A DNA stretch of 64,000 nucleotides from an uncultured virus (IMG/VR IMGVR_UViG_3300006868_000019) (lineage: Duplodnaviria; Heunggongvirae; Uroviricota; Caudoviricetes), in the IMG/VR virus record IMGVR_UViG_3300006868_000019; one strand, written 5' to 3'. The position numbers and the translations under genes were made by a program. The notes beneath the pieces were generated by a model. It saw only the letters and a list, made by a program, of their open reading frames with translations. It was not told the origin of the DNA and made no database searches. Positions 1-8,084 of this stretch are shown here, one piece after another (within the stretch, counting starts at the first letter, position 1; each line of letters opens with the position of its first letter).

Positions 1-1
1 T

Positions 2-97
2 TCGTACAAGAATGCTGAAGACAACAGAAAACAAGTATTAAGAGCATACAGAAATGATGATGGTAAGACGGTATATGAACCGTACGATCCCAGCTGA
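2..97 (+). CDS. 3' end of a gene entering the window; resembles the C-terminus of phage peptidase M15 proteins
   Basis: Frame 2 reads SYKNAEDNRKQVLRAYRNDDGKTVYEPYDPS then TGA at 95-97. 'SY...NRKQVL' recalls the segment after the last Zn ligand of phage M15 peptidases. Confidence 0.4.
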   Translation, partial: SYKNAEDNRKQVLRAYRNDDGKTVYEPYDPS

Positions 98-176
98 GCG
101 TTTGAACGTCTTAATAATGATAAAAAACTAGAGCAAGATAAGATCATAGATCAATATATGCAGAAAGGTATATGAG

Positions 177-734
177 GTGAAGACGGTTATATTATTAATA
201 GATTTTAAAGGACATCCTGCCCTCGGTAGCGAATATCTTAACAATAGGAGATATGCCGAGGTGCAGAAAATCTTAACAGATACACAAATAGATAGATCAA
301 AAATAATATTTGCAGTTTCCAAAGGCAATAAAGATTTAAAACTTGAAGAACTTAAATTTATGGCTAAACACCTTGATATTAAGTATTACGAATATGATTC
401 ACATATAACCTTTGAAGATTTACAAAAACAATTACTTCAACACCACAATTTTTTAATGGGTACAGATAATACACAGATTATAATTGGTGGAACTAATACA
501 GCAGGTTGTGTTATAAAATCATCTAAACCTATGAACGCAATTAATTCATATATTAAAGGTTATGCAACAACCATATATTTGCCAATGTGTGCTGAATATG
601 AGCAACCAGGTATTAATGATATTGAAAGAACAATGGTGTCTTTAGTTGATGTATATAAATGGATTAAAAAGTATGGAGCATATAAAATAAAACTTGAAAC
701 AAATTATACAGAATTAAATTTACCCAAAAAATGA
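177..734 (+). CDS. Cysteine hydrolase (isochorismatase-like) fold protein
   Basis: N-terminal VILLIDF, then IIIGGTNTAGCV and GYATTIY, match the isochorismatase family pattern (catalytic Asp and Cys). Confidence 0.6.
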   Translation: MKTVILLIDFKGHPALGSEYLNNRRYAEVQKILTDTQIDRSKIIFAVSKGNKDLKLEELKFMAKHLDIKYYEYDSHITFEDLQKQLLQHHNFLMGTDNTQIIIGGTNTAGCVIKSSKPMNAINSYIKGYATTIYLPMCAEYEQPGINDIERTMVSLVDVYKWIKKYGAYKIKLETNYTELNLPKK

Positions 735-1405
735 ATACACTTATATTATTAATAGACTTTGAGGGTGAAAAAGAATTACAAGATCAGAATTACCTACACA
801 AAAGATATCTTGCTTTAGCGAACATATTATCTAATAGATACATAGATAGAGAAAAATGTTTAGTTGTCTTTAATACTTACAATAAACAGAAATCATGGAT
901 AAATCAATGGTCTAAACCACTTGATGAAAAATTAAGAGCATTAAGTAAATTTGCATGGATTAATAAATGGCAAGTATTTGAAACATCAAAAGAAACTCAA
1001 ACTGAAGATGGCTCAATAAAAGATATAGATATTGATTTTTTTATAGACACAATAAACAAAAAAGTATCAAATTTTCAATTTGATTCTAAAATTACAAAAG
1101 TAATAATAGGTGGTACAGAAACATCAGGTTGTTGTTTAGATAGTAAAAAACTAGGTGCCTTAAATTGGGTAAAACGAGGTTACGATACAACAATATATTT
1201 ACCTATGATGTGTGATTATTCAACTGAAGGTGATACTTGGTATGAAAAACAACAATGTGGTTTTGTTAGCTTCTGGAGAACAGTAATTAACTCTAATTTA
1301 AGACCTGATTATTATACAAAATTGAGTGTAGAATACAAATATCAATCAATTTTAAAGAAATTACCAATGGTAACAAAAGATAAAAAAGTTGATCCATTAG
1401 CTTGA
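731..1405 (+). CDS. Cysteine hydrolase (isochorismatase-like) fold protein, paralog of the upstream gene
   Basis: LILLIDF, VIIGGTETSGCC, GYDTTIYLPMMC; ATGA overlap with the upstream gene. Confidence 0.6.
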   Translation: MNTLILLIDFEGEKELQDQNYLHKRYLALANILSNRYIDREKCLVVFNTYNKQKSWINQWSKPLDEKLRALSKFAWINKWQVFETSKETQTEDGSIKDIDIDFFIDTINKKVSNFQFDSKITKVIIGGTETSGCCLDSKKLGALNWVKRGYDTTIYLPMMCDYSTEGDTWYEKQQCGFVSFWRTVINSNLRPDYYTKLSVEYKYQSILKKLPMVTKDKKVDPLA

Positions 1406-1430
1406 CAATATTGACAAATTGTGATATAAT
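1402..1430 (+). promoter_or_regulatory. Sigma70-type promoter
   Basis: TTGACA (1402-1407), 17 nt spacer, TATAAT (1425-1430) with extended -10 TG. Confidence 0.8.
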
Positions 1431-1461
1431 AATTATATAAATTTATACGGAAAGGTATATT

Positions 1462-2163
1462 ATGTTTAAACATGTTAAATTGAATGAAGAAGTATTGCCT
1501 AAATCGTTAGGTGTGAAAGGCAAGAATCAAAACGGTGTAAGATATTATACTATTGATGGTGTTAATATGCCTTCCGTTACATCTATACTAGGACAAATAC
1601 CCGAAAAACAAGCAGGTCTACAGGCATGGCGAAATGCAGTTGGTGAGAAAATGGCTAACTACATATCAACGTCTGCTGTCAATAGAGGTAAGACAACTCA
1701 TACCTTGATTGAGAATCACTTGAACAACGAAGACGAGAAGTCGGTAGGTATAACTGCTGTTACACCACTAGGTCTTTTTAGAATTATTAAACCATATCTT
1801 GCTAGAATAGATAACATACATTGCCTAGAAGAATACCTATACTCAAAAGAAATAAGTGTTGCAGGTCAGGTAGATTGTATTGCTGAGTATAGAGGTAAAC
1901 TATCAGTTATTGATTTTAAGACCTCTACAAAGAAAAGGGATGCCAATTACAATTATGCTAACTTTTTACAATGTTCGGCATATGCAAAAATGTATGAAGA
2001 GCTATACCCAAATCACAAAATAGAACAAACTGTTATATTAGCCACATGTGAAGATGGTTTTGTACAAGAATGGATACATACCGAAGATAAAATCAAAGAA
2101 CACCAAGAGTTATTTTATAAACACACTAAAGACTTTTTTAACAGAAATAATATAAATAGTTAA
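1462..2163 (+). CDS. PD-(D/E)XK exonuclease of T4-like marine phages
   Basis: RYY...PSVTSIL, RGKTTH, AGQVDCI, IDFKTS, QCSAYA motifs. Confidence 0.85.
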   Translation: MFKHVKLNEEVLPKSLGVKGKNQNGVRYYTIDGVNMPSVTSILGQIPEKQAGLQAWRNAVGEKMANYISTSAVNRGKTTHTLIENHLNNEDEKSVGITAVTPLGLFRIIKPYLARIDNIHCLEEYLYSKEISVAGQVDCIAEYRGKLSVIDFKTSTKKRDANYNYANFLQCSAYAKMYEELYPNHKIEQTVILATCEDGFVQEWIHTEDKIKEHQELFYKHTKDFFNRNNINS

Positions 2164-2239
2164 TAAAGAGTCAATAGTTGAATTAATAAAAAAGGCGATT
2201 TATATATCCTACTTGCGACCATAACAGCTAAAGGGAAAT

Positions 2240-2575
2240 ATGAAAAAAATATTAATAGTTTTAAGTATATTATTTGCAACTGTAGTTTATGCCGAGCATG
2301 AAGAATTTAGTAATGAAGTTTATATGCAACAGGTACCTGCTTTATGTGGTACAGTAAATGCTATACAAACTTATGTTGATCATTATAAATTTAAACCATA
2401 TCACTTAACACTAGGTAGAACAGGTATGGTAGAAGATGGTGAACCAGTTTATATGATAACTTATATGGTAAATGAAGATAATACACAATCAATTGCTGTA
2501 TTAGATATACCAAGTGGACTTGAAAGATGTATTTTATTTCATACATTTGATTTAGTAGTGCCACAAAAGAATTAA
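2240..2575 (+). CDS. Hypothetical exported protein
   Basis: Signal-peptide-like N-terminus MKKILIVLSILFATVVYA; late promoter TATAAATA at 2151-2158. Confidence 0.7.
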   Translation: MKKILIVLSILFATVVYAEHEEFSNEVYMQQVPALCGTVNAIQTYVDHYKFKPYHLTLGRTGMVEDGEPVYMITYMVNEDNTQSIAVLDIPSGLERCILFHTFDLVVPQKN

Positions 2576-2800
2576 ACGTTGAAGGTAAGAGAATACCTGG
2601 AGAAGACGTGGCTGCAATGCCACCCACTCCACCATTTAAACAATGAAATTTAAGGGGTGGAACTAGGATCGATTCACAGTTAAAACTTACTGGAGTTTAG
2701 TCGCTGACAACGTAAAGTCATCTTATAAATGCTAACAATTTAGCGATGGCAGCTTAATACTGCTAAACGGTTTGCCTGTACCGAGTAACAGAAACAGGCT
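2576..2800 (+). ncRNA. ssrA: Circularly permuted (two-piece) tmRNA, tag (A)ANNLAMAA
   Basis: The acceptor piece has a T-arm GTGGC-TGCAAT-GCCAC followed by CCACTCC-A-CCA ending at 2634. After a 19-nt spacer, the coding piece starts GGGGTGG at 2654 and pairs with CCACTCC, including G3:U70. ATAAAT is followed by GCT AAC AAT TTA GCG ATG GCA GCT TAA (2731-2757), then a 3' hairpin GCCTGT...ACAGGC. Outer ends are approximate. Confidence 0.9.
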
Positions 2801-2827
2801 TGACAAACACGTAGATTGTGATATAAT
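2800..2827 (+). promoter_or_regulatory. Sigma70-type promoter
   Basis: TTGACA (2800-2805), 16 nt spacer, TATAAT (2822-2827) with extended TG. Confidence 0.7.
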
Positions 2828-2850
2828 ATTATTATAAAGTGAGGTAAATT

Positions 2851-3054
2851 ATGAGTGAAAATATAGAAAGAGATTCCCGTGAGCATGATATGACTTATGA
2901 GAATGAACAATCAACGGTAACAATACCGTTAAAAGAATATGATAGACTAAAAGCAGAACAAACTTATATCACAGACCCAAGTTTAATTAGTATCATAGAT
3001 AAAATAGAAGAACTAACAAGAGCATTAAGAAAACACATAGTAAGAAAATTCTGA
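2851..3054 (+). CDS. Hypothetical protein
   Basis: 67 aa ORF with GAGG RBS, coupled to gp33. Confidence 0.7.
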   Translation: MSENIERDSREHDMTYENEQSTVTIPLKEYDRLKAEQTYITDPSLISIIDKIEELTRALRKHIVRKF

Positions 3055-3275
3055 TGTTAATGAATAGTAAAAAGTTTGCTCAAATAATAGAGGCAATAGT
3101 AAAAGAGAAACGGATGTCCTATATGGATGCCGTGTTAAAATATTGTGAAGAAAATGATATTGACACAGCGTCTGTAGGTCCTTTAATCAACAAGTCACTA
3201 AAAGAAAAGATAAAAGAAGAGGCAGAAAAGCTAAACTTGGTTGAACGATCAAGCACAGCAATCTTACCTATATGA
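3054..3275 (+). CDS. gp33: Late transcription coactivator gp33-like
   Basis: F...IE.IVKEK.MSYMDAVL.YCEEN.ID...LINKSLKEKI..EA..LN pattern; T4 synteny gp33-gp59-gp32. Confidence 0.88.
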   Translation: MLMNSKKFAQIIEAIVKEKRMSYMDAVLKYCEENDIDTASVGPLINKSLKEKIKEEAEKLNLVERSSTAILPI

Positions 3276-3874
3276 ACAGTTATGAGGCTTATACATTATA
3301 TTTGGCTATTAAACTACACTTCACTTCCGATAGTTATGATTTTTACAGGCACAATGCCAAAGTTAATTCAACATTTAACACATTTTTAAAACGTAATGAT
3401 AGGTTCTTTTTTCATAAACTTACAACTAAATATACAAAGGAAGAAATGCTAGACTATTTTGTATCTAATTTCTTTCATAATTCAAAAACATGGATAGGTA
3501 ATCTAGTTAGAGCAGATGGAGAAACAACTTATAACAAGTGGAAAAAATATAATCAATCTTTTACGTACAATTTTAGAGGGGATTGTGTATTACTTTCTAA
3601 TGTCATTAATGATAATAGGATTCGGTTTGATGATTTGTTTCGTGTACATAGTGGGCAACATCCACGATTGCTACGATTACTTCTATCTGAAAAAATATCA
3701 GTACAGACAATCATCATCTTGGATAAAGTTTTATCATTTGTTAAAAGATGGGACAAAGAGATTGCTGAAACAGTTATCTGGCCTGAAAAATCGTTTAAAA
3801 TAAAGAAATTATCACCTTTTATTAAGTTTAACCTTACTAAATGTAAGTTTATAATGAAAGAGGTGTTTGTGTGA
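3272..3874 (+). CDS. gp59: Helicase loader gp59-like
   Basis: YLAIKLHFT..YDF..N.KV...F.KRNDRFFF.KL pattern; synteny. Confidence 0.88.
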   Translation: MNSYEAYTLYLAIKLHFTSDSYDFYRHNAKVNSTFNTFLKRNDRFFFHKLTTKYTKEEMLDYFVSNFFHNSKTWIGNLVRADGETTYNKWKKYNQSFTYNFRGDCVLLSNVINDNRIRFDDLFRVHSGQHPRLLRLLLSEKISVQTIIILDKVLSFVKRWDKEIAETVIWPEKSFKIKKLSPFIKFNLTKCKFIMKEVFV

Positions 3875-4044
3875 GTGATGACTATGTACCTACGCCGTGC
3901 ATAAACATATGTACGATTGACCAAGATAGTGGTTATTGCATGGGTTGTAGTAGAACACCAGATGAAATAGATAAATGGGGTAGGCCTGAAACAACTAAAG
4001 AATGGAAAGAAAACAATTTGAAGGAGTTGGATGGAAGAACGTAA
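3871..4044 (+). CDS. DUF1289-like small Cys-rich protein (not in the ORF track)
   Basis: GTG start overlapping the gp59 stop; MSDDYVPTPCINICTIDQDSGYCMGCSRTPDEIDKW matches PC..C.....C.GC.R..EI..W. Confidence 0.75.
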   Translation: MSDDYVPTPCINICTIDQDSGYCMGCSRTPDEIDKWGRPETTKEWKENNLKELDGRT

Positions 4045-4195
4045 ACTAACAGAGCAAGAAGTAAGAGAAGAATACAGATCACAACGTAAGGACAGAGTCT
4101 TTGCTGCATGTTGGCCTGCTAATAATGATAGTTTTTACGAGTGGTGTTCTGAATATGTAGATTACAAACATATAACAAAAAATAAAAAGAAATGA
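4031..4195 (+). CDS. Hypothetical protein, 54 aa (not in the ORF track)
   Basis: AAGGAG RBS; MEERKLTEQEVREEY...; ATGA overlap with the next gene. Confidence 0.6.
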   Translation: MEERKLTEQEVREEYRSQRKDRVFAACWPANNDSFYEWCSEYVDYKHITKNKKK

Positions 4196-4503
4196 CAATT
4201 GAACCTATAAGAGAAAAACTAGATGATAAGATTGCCAAACTAAACTCAAGCAGAGTTTATAAAAAGGTAACACCTAAAGGTGACTTGTCATGGTACATCA
4301 AGTGGGCAAGTAGTATTATATTAATTATTGCTATGATGTTTACAGCAGTAGAGTTGTTTCCTTTAAACATGTTTATTGCTAACATAGGTTTCATAGGTTG
4401 GTTAACTGTAGGTTTGTTATGGCATGACAGGTCCTTAATTGTATTGAATGCTATATCACTTACAATATATTCTATGGGTTTATTGAATTATTATTATGGC
4501 TAA
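4192..4503 (+). CDS. Small membrane protein (DUF6552-like)
   Basis: WYIKW, then three hydrophobic segments, YP/FPLN and WHDRSLIVLN. Confidence 0.7.
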   Translation: MTIEPIREKLDDKIAKLNSSRVYKKVTPKGDLSWYIKWASSIILIIAMMFTAVELFPLNMFIANIGFIGWLTVGLLWHDRSLIVLNAISLTIYSMGLLNYYYG

Positions 4504-5347
4504 GAAATATTTTGATGAAGAATGGCCTAGACAAGGTAAGATTATGAAAAAAAGAGCATTTATTATAGGTAATGGCGAGTCACGTAAGGACTTTGACTTG
4601 ACAACATTAAAAAAGCATGGTAAGATATATGCCTGTAATGCTTACTATAGAGATAATCCTCTACCAGATGTATTGATTGCTGTTGACAGCACAATGACAC
4701 ACGAAATATATCACAAGGGTGTTGCTCATAAGATACCTTGTTACTTTAGAGAGTGGACTAAATGTCCCAACTTCATGTATGACACAATGGTGTTAGGCAT
4801 GTTACATACACAAGACAAAGACAAGGCAGATAGTTTTATAACTAATAAAGGCCCAACTAATTACTATGTTATGAATGCCCATACAATCAAAGGCAACGCA
4901 ACAATAAGAAAAGAAGACGGTACGAAGTATAAGAAAGATATTGACAATACCCACATTTATGTGTCTTGGATCACAGACGGCGATAAGACACAAGAATGGG
5001 AAGACCCAGGATATCATGCTGGTGCAACAGCAGGTTATATTGCTTGCAAGTATGATACAATAGACGAAGTGTATATGATAGGTATGGATTTGAGATCGGA
5101 TACAAAAATGTTCAATAACATTTACAAAGGCACTAAAAACTACTCATCAGCACATTATGAACCTAGTCCTACAGGCGTATGGGAAGCAGAGTGGTTACAA
5201 GTATTGAAAGACAACCCTAAAGTGTCATTTTTTAAGGTAAACAAGGCAGATGATGACAATACAACTAATCAAAAACTACTAGGAAACGAGAAGAATTTAA
5301 CATATATTACTCAAGCACAGCTGCTTGACAATATCAGTAAATGGTGA
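4496..5347 (+). CDS. Rossmann-like GNGxS protein (DUF115/sialyltransferase-like fold); start may be 4544
   Basis: AFIIGNGESR, IYACNAYYRD, AVD, VYMIGMD, NNIYKGT motifs. Confidence 0.55.
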   Translation: MAKKYFDEEWPRQGKIMKKRAFIIGNGESRKDFDLTTLKKHGKIYACNAYYRDNPLPDVLIAVDSTMTHEIYHKGVAHKIPCYFREWTKCPNFMYDTMVLGMLHTQDKDKADSFITNKGPTNYYVMNAHTIKGNATIRKEDGTKYKKDIDNTHIYVSWITDGDKTQEWEDPGYHAGATAGYIACKYDTIDEVYMIGMDLRSDTKMFNNIYKGTKNYSSAHYEPSPTGVWEAEWLQVLKDNPKVSFFKVNKADDDNTTNQKLLGNEKNLTYITQAQLLDNISKW

Positions 5348-5387
5348 TACAATATTATAATGGTTGAGTATGTTGCCAGTATAAATA
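5325..5387 (+). promoter_or_regulatory. Sigma70-type promoter plus T4 late promoter upstream of gp32
   Basis: TTGACA 5325-5330, 17 nt spacer, TACAAT 5348-5353; TATAAATA 5380-5387. Confidence 0.7.
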
Positions 5388-5445
5388 ATAGTAATACTTA
5401 CATTAATACAAATACGTACAACAATATATACAAGGAGAAAATACA

Positions 5446-6345
5446 ATGTCAAGTGCATTAGAAGCCCTAAAAAAGTCAAAGTCAAATTTTGACGTACTAA
5501 CGAAGAAGTTAGAAAACACAATAGAACAACCCGAAAAGAAAAACAAGTACCAAGACGACAGGTTATGGAAACCTGAACTAGATAAGTCTGGCAATGGTTA
5601 CGCAGTATTGAGATTCTTACCTGCTGTAGAAGGCGAAGATATGCCTTGGCAGAGAGTCTGGAACCATGCGTTTCAAGGACCAGGTGGTCAATGGTATATT
5701 GAAAACTCATTAACAACTTTAAACAAAAAAGATCCTGTTAGTGAAGAAAACACTAGACTATGGAATACTGGCATAGAAGCCGATAAAGAAATTGCTAGAA
5801 AAAGAAAAAGAAAGTTATCTTACTATTCAAATATTCTAGTAGTATCTGATCCAAAACATCCTGAAAACGAAGGTAAAGTTTTCTTATTCAAATTTGGTAA
5901 AAAGATATTTGATAAGATTACAGAAGCAATGAACCCAGCGTTTGAAGATGAAAAGGCTGTTAACCCATTTGATTTTTGGGAAGGTGCAAACTTTAAACTA
6001 AAAATCAGAAAAGTTGATGGTTATTGGAATTATGACAAATCTGAATTTGAGCAACCAAGTAGAGTAAAACCTACTGATGAGGAGATTGACAAAATATGGA
6101 AATCTCAACATGCTCTAAAGCCCTTCATTGACCCTAGTAATTTTAAATCTTATGATGAACTCAAAGAGAAACTGAATAAGACACTTACTGGACAAAGAAG
6201 TACCGAGTCAGTTGAAGATATTGACCTCCCACCTGTCAGCAATGACATACCAACGTCTTCTAACAATTCGGTAGAGAAAGTTGAATCGTCTAACGACAGC
6301 GATGACCTGTCGTATTTTAGTAAACTAGCTGAAGACGATTCATAA
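5446..6345 (+). CDS. gp32: Single-stranded DNA-binding protein gp32
   Basis: DDRLWKP..DKSGNGYAVLRFLP, HAFQGPGG.WYIENSLTT, FKFGKKIFDKI, NPFDFWEGANFKLKI, acidic tail ending SYFSKLAE. Confidence 0.97.
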   Translation: MSSALEALKKSKSNFDVLTKKLENTIEQPEKKNKYQDDRLWKPELDKSGNGYAVLRFLPAVEGEDMPWQRVWNHAFQGPGGQWYIENSLTTLNKKDPVSEENTRLWNTGIEADKEIARKRKRKLSYYSNILVVSDPKHPENEGKVFLFKFGKKIFDKITEAMNPAFEDEKAVNPFDFWEGANFKLKIRKVDGYWNYDKSEFEQPSRVKPTDEEIDKIWKSQHALKPFIDPSNFKSYDELKEKLNKTLTGQRSTESVEDIDLPPVSNDIPTSSNNSVEKVESSNDSDDLSYFSKLAEDDS

Positions 6346-6370
6346 TCTATCTCTCTCACTTTCTCAATAT

Positions 6371-6390
6371 GGGGTGCCTTCGGGCACCCT
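6371..6390 (+). terminator. Hairpin, probable terminator after gp32
   Basis: GGGTGCC-TTCG-GGCACCC stem with a UUCG loop; the U-tract is weak. Confidence 0.6.
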
Positions 6391-6397
6391 ACTAAAT

Positions 6398-6412
6398 GTT
6401 CACGTTTTGTTC
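6398..6412 (+). promoter_or_regulatory. Putative alphaproteobacterial LexA box (GTTC-N7-GTTC)
   Basis: GTTC ACGTTTT GTTC, intergenic, 24 nt upstream of a -35 element. Confidence 0.6.
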
Positions 6413-6436
6413 TCATTTTACACACCAAAATAACGC

Positions 6437-6465
6437 TTGACAAAAGCCGTATTTTCTGATATACT
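6437..6465 (+). promoter_or_regulatory. Sigma70-type promoter
   Basis: TTGACA 6437-6442, 17 nt spacer, TATACT 6460-6465 with extended TG. Confidence 0.8.
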
Positions 6466-6512
6466 TAAAGTAACAATGGTCATAAGACCTTTAAACTATA
6501 AGGAGTATCGTA

Positions 6513-8084
6513 ATGATAACAATAAAAAAAACACTTGAAGTAGAACAAGTACCAAATGCTACATTTCAATGGTTATATACCAATCTTTCACACAAAACAA
6601 TTGTATCATGTCCAGAATTAATACAAAGGGCATTGATGAAACATAGATGGAATAATAAAGTTATAAAAGATTATTTTGAGTCTAACTTTGTATTTACTGG
6701 TGCTTCAAAAGCACAAACTTTTCATATAGTATCAAAGAAATCACTTTTAGATTCTTTTGAACATGCTCATACGTTGTGTTTAGATGATGATGAAAAGAAT
6801 TTTTTACAAGAGTGTATTGACATTATAAACTATTATGAAGACTCTGAATATTTTATTATTGATGGACAAAGTAGAGGTTATTTAGCACACTTACCTTTCT
6901 TTAATAGTGAATTTAAGTGGACAATGGATATCACTTTTGTTAACGAAGAAACAGGAGAAGAATATACAAAAAGTGATTTTTTCTTTGAAGATTTAACAGA
7001 AAATGAAAGAACTGCTTTTCTTTCACAAGAAATAACTGTTTTAAAATACACAAAAGGCACGTTGCAAGATTATGCTACATTAGTTGTAGGTATCAACCAA
7101 GGTTTACAATGGGCTGATTCTGAAATGATGTGGACAAAATGGTTTGCAGGATTAAAGTTTGATATTAAAAAAGATATTATTCAAACATTGAACTGGAAAA
7201 ATCTATTTAAAAATGTTGTGACAGGTACAAGTGAAAAGTATGAGTACAATAGGGCAGGTTATGTTTCATTTATATTAGAAACTATACATTTATTAAGAAA
7301 CCTTAATAATTCATCCAGTAAGTTAAACTTTCCAAGCTCAACAGAAATGTTAAGTTGGTTTGATAAACCTTCCTTGTATGCAAAGAAGGTAGAACTTGAT
7401 AAGTCAGAATATAAAATGTTAAAATTAATATTAAAACAGGTATCTGATATACAAGAAACAAATGTTAAATTACCTAAATTTGCAAACTTAACAAATTTAG
7501 TTATAACAACAATGTTGATACTTAATAAAAATTCAGTTGAGGGTCAGAAAATGTTGAAAGAAACATTTACTACCTATAAAGATAAAACTTTTATTAGAGT
7601 TGAAAATCCAGTTGAATTTATTAAAAAACTGGCAACAAGTGAGGTAGATGAATATTCTAAAGATATTTACCTAACTGATAGTAAAGGTAAACTTATAACT
7701 GATGAACTTGGTAATAATAAGAAAAACTATGATTGTTACCATTATTATGGTTCTAAAAATAAAGGCGACTTTTTAATTAAAAGAAAAAATAATATTTTAA
7801 AAAGATTACCAAAAATGTTAAAAGAACTTTATGATAAAAAAATAATATCAGTTTGTACAGATAGAGAATTTATTGACTATCTTGCAGTTTATGACCAAAC
7901 TAATAAAACAGGTGGTATAAGTGATATGTTTGATAGACCAATTTCTAAAGATGAACTTTTAGATAAAAGTAAATTTCAAAAAGGTCATAATAAATCCTTG
8001 AGAAAATCTGGCACAAATGATATTACAAATTTTACATTAGAAGATGGTCAGATTAATGTAAGAAAACAGGCACAAAACTATTAA
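6513..8084 (+). CDS. DUF262/ParB-like N-terminal domain with C-terminal HNH-like motif (GmrSD-like architecture)
   Basis: IQR near the N-terminus, YFIIDGQSR, GINQG; C-terminal KGHNKSLRKSGTNDITNFTLEDGQINVRK. Confidence 0.55.
   Translation: MITIKKTLEVEQVPNATFQWLYTNLSHKTIVSCPELIQRALMKHRWNNKVIKDYFESNFVFTGASKAQTFHIVSKKSLLDSFEHAHTLCLDDDEKNFLQECIDIINYYEDSEYFIIDGQSRGYLAHLPFFNSEFKWTMDITFVNEETGEEYTKSDFFFEDLTENERTAFLSQEITVLKYTKGTLQDYATLVVGINQGLQWADSEMMWTKWFAGLKFDIKKDIIQTLNWKNLFKNVVTGTSEKYEYNRAGYVSFILETIHLLRNLNNSSSKLNFPSSTEMLSWFDKPSLYAKKVELDKSEYKMLKLILKQVSDIQETNVKLPKFANLTNLVITTMLILNKNSVEGQKMLKETFTTYKDKTFIRVENPVEFIKKLATSEVDEYSKDIYLTDSKGKLITDELGNNKKNYDCYHYYGSKNKGDFLIKRKNNILKRLPKMLKELYDKKIISVCTDREFIDYLAVYDQTNKTGGISDMFDRPISKDELLDKSKFQKGHNKSLRKSGTNDITNFTLEDGQINVRKQAQNY

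Noticed and set aside
1462..2163. Cas4 of a CRISPR system
   Set aside because: It lacks the Cas4 Fe-S cysteines and any cas context. It is the common phage PD-(D/E)XK exonuclease.
2600..2680. Ordinary tRNA gene
   Set aside because: The CCA-bearing half precedes the 5' half, there is no anticodon arm, and a tag ORF follows. This fits a permuted tmRNA.
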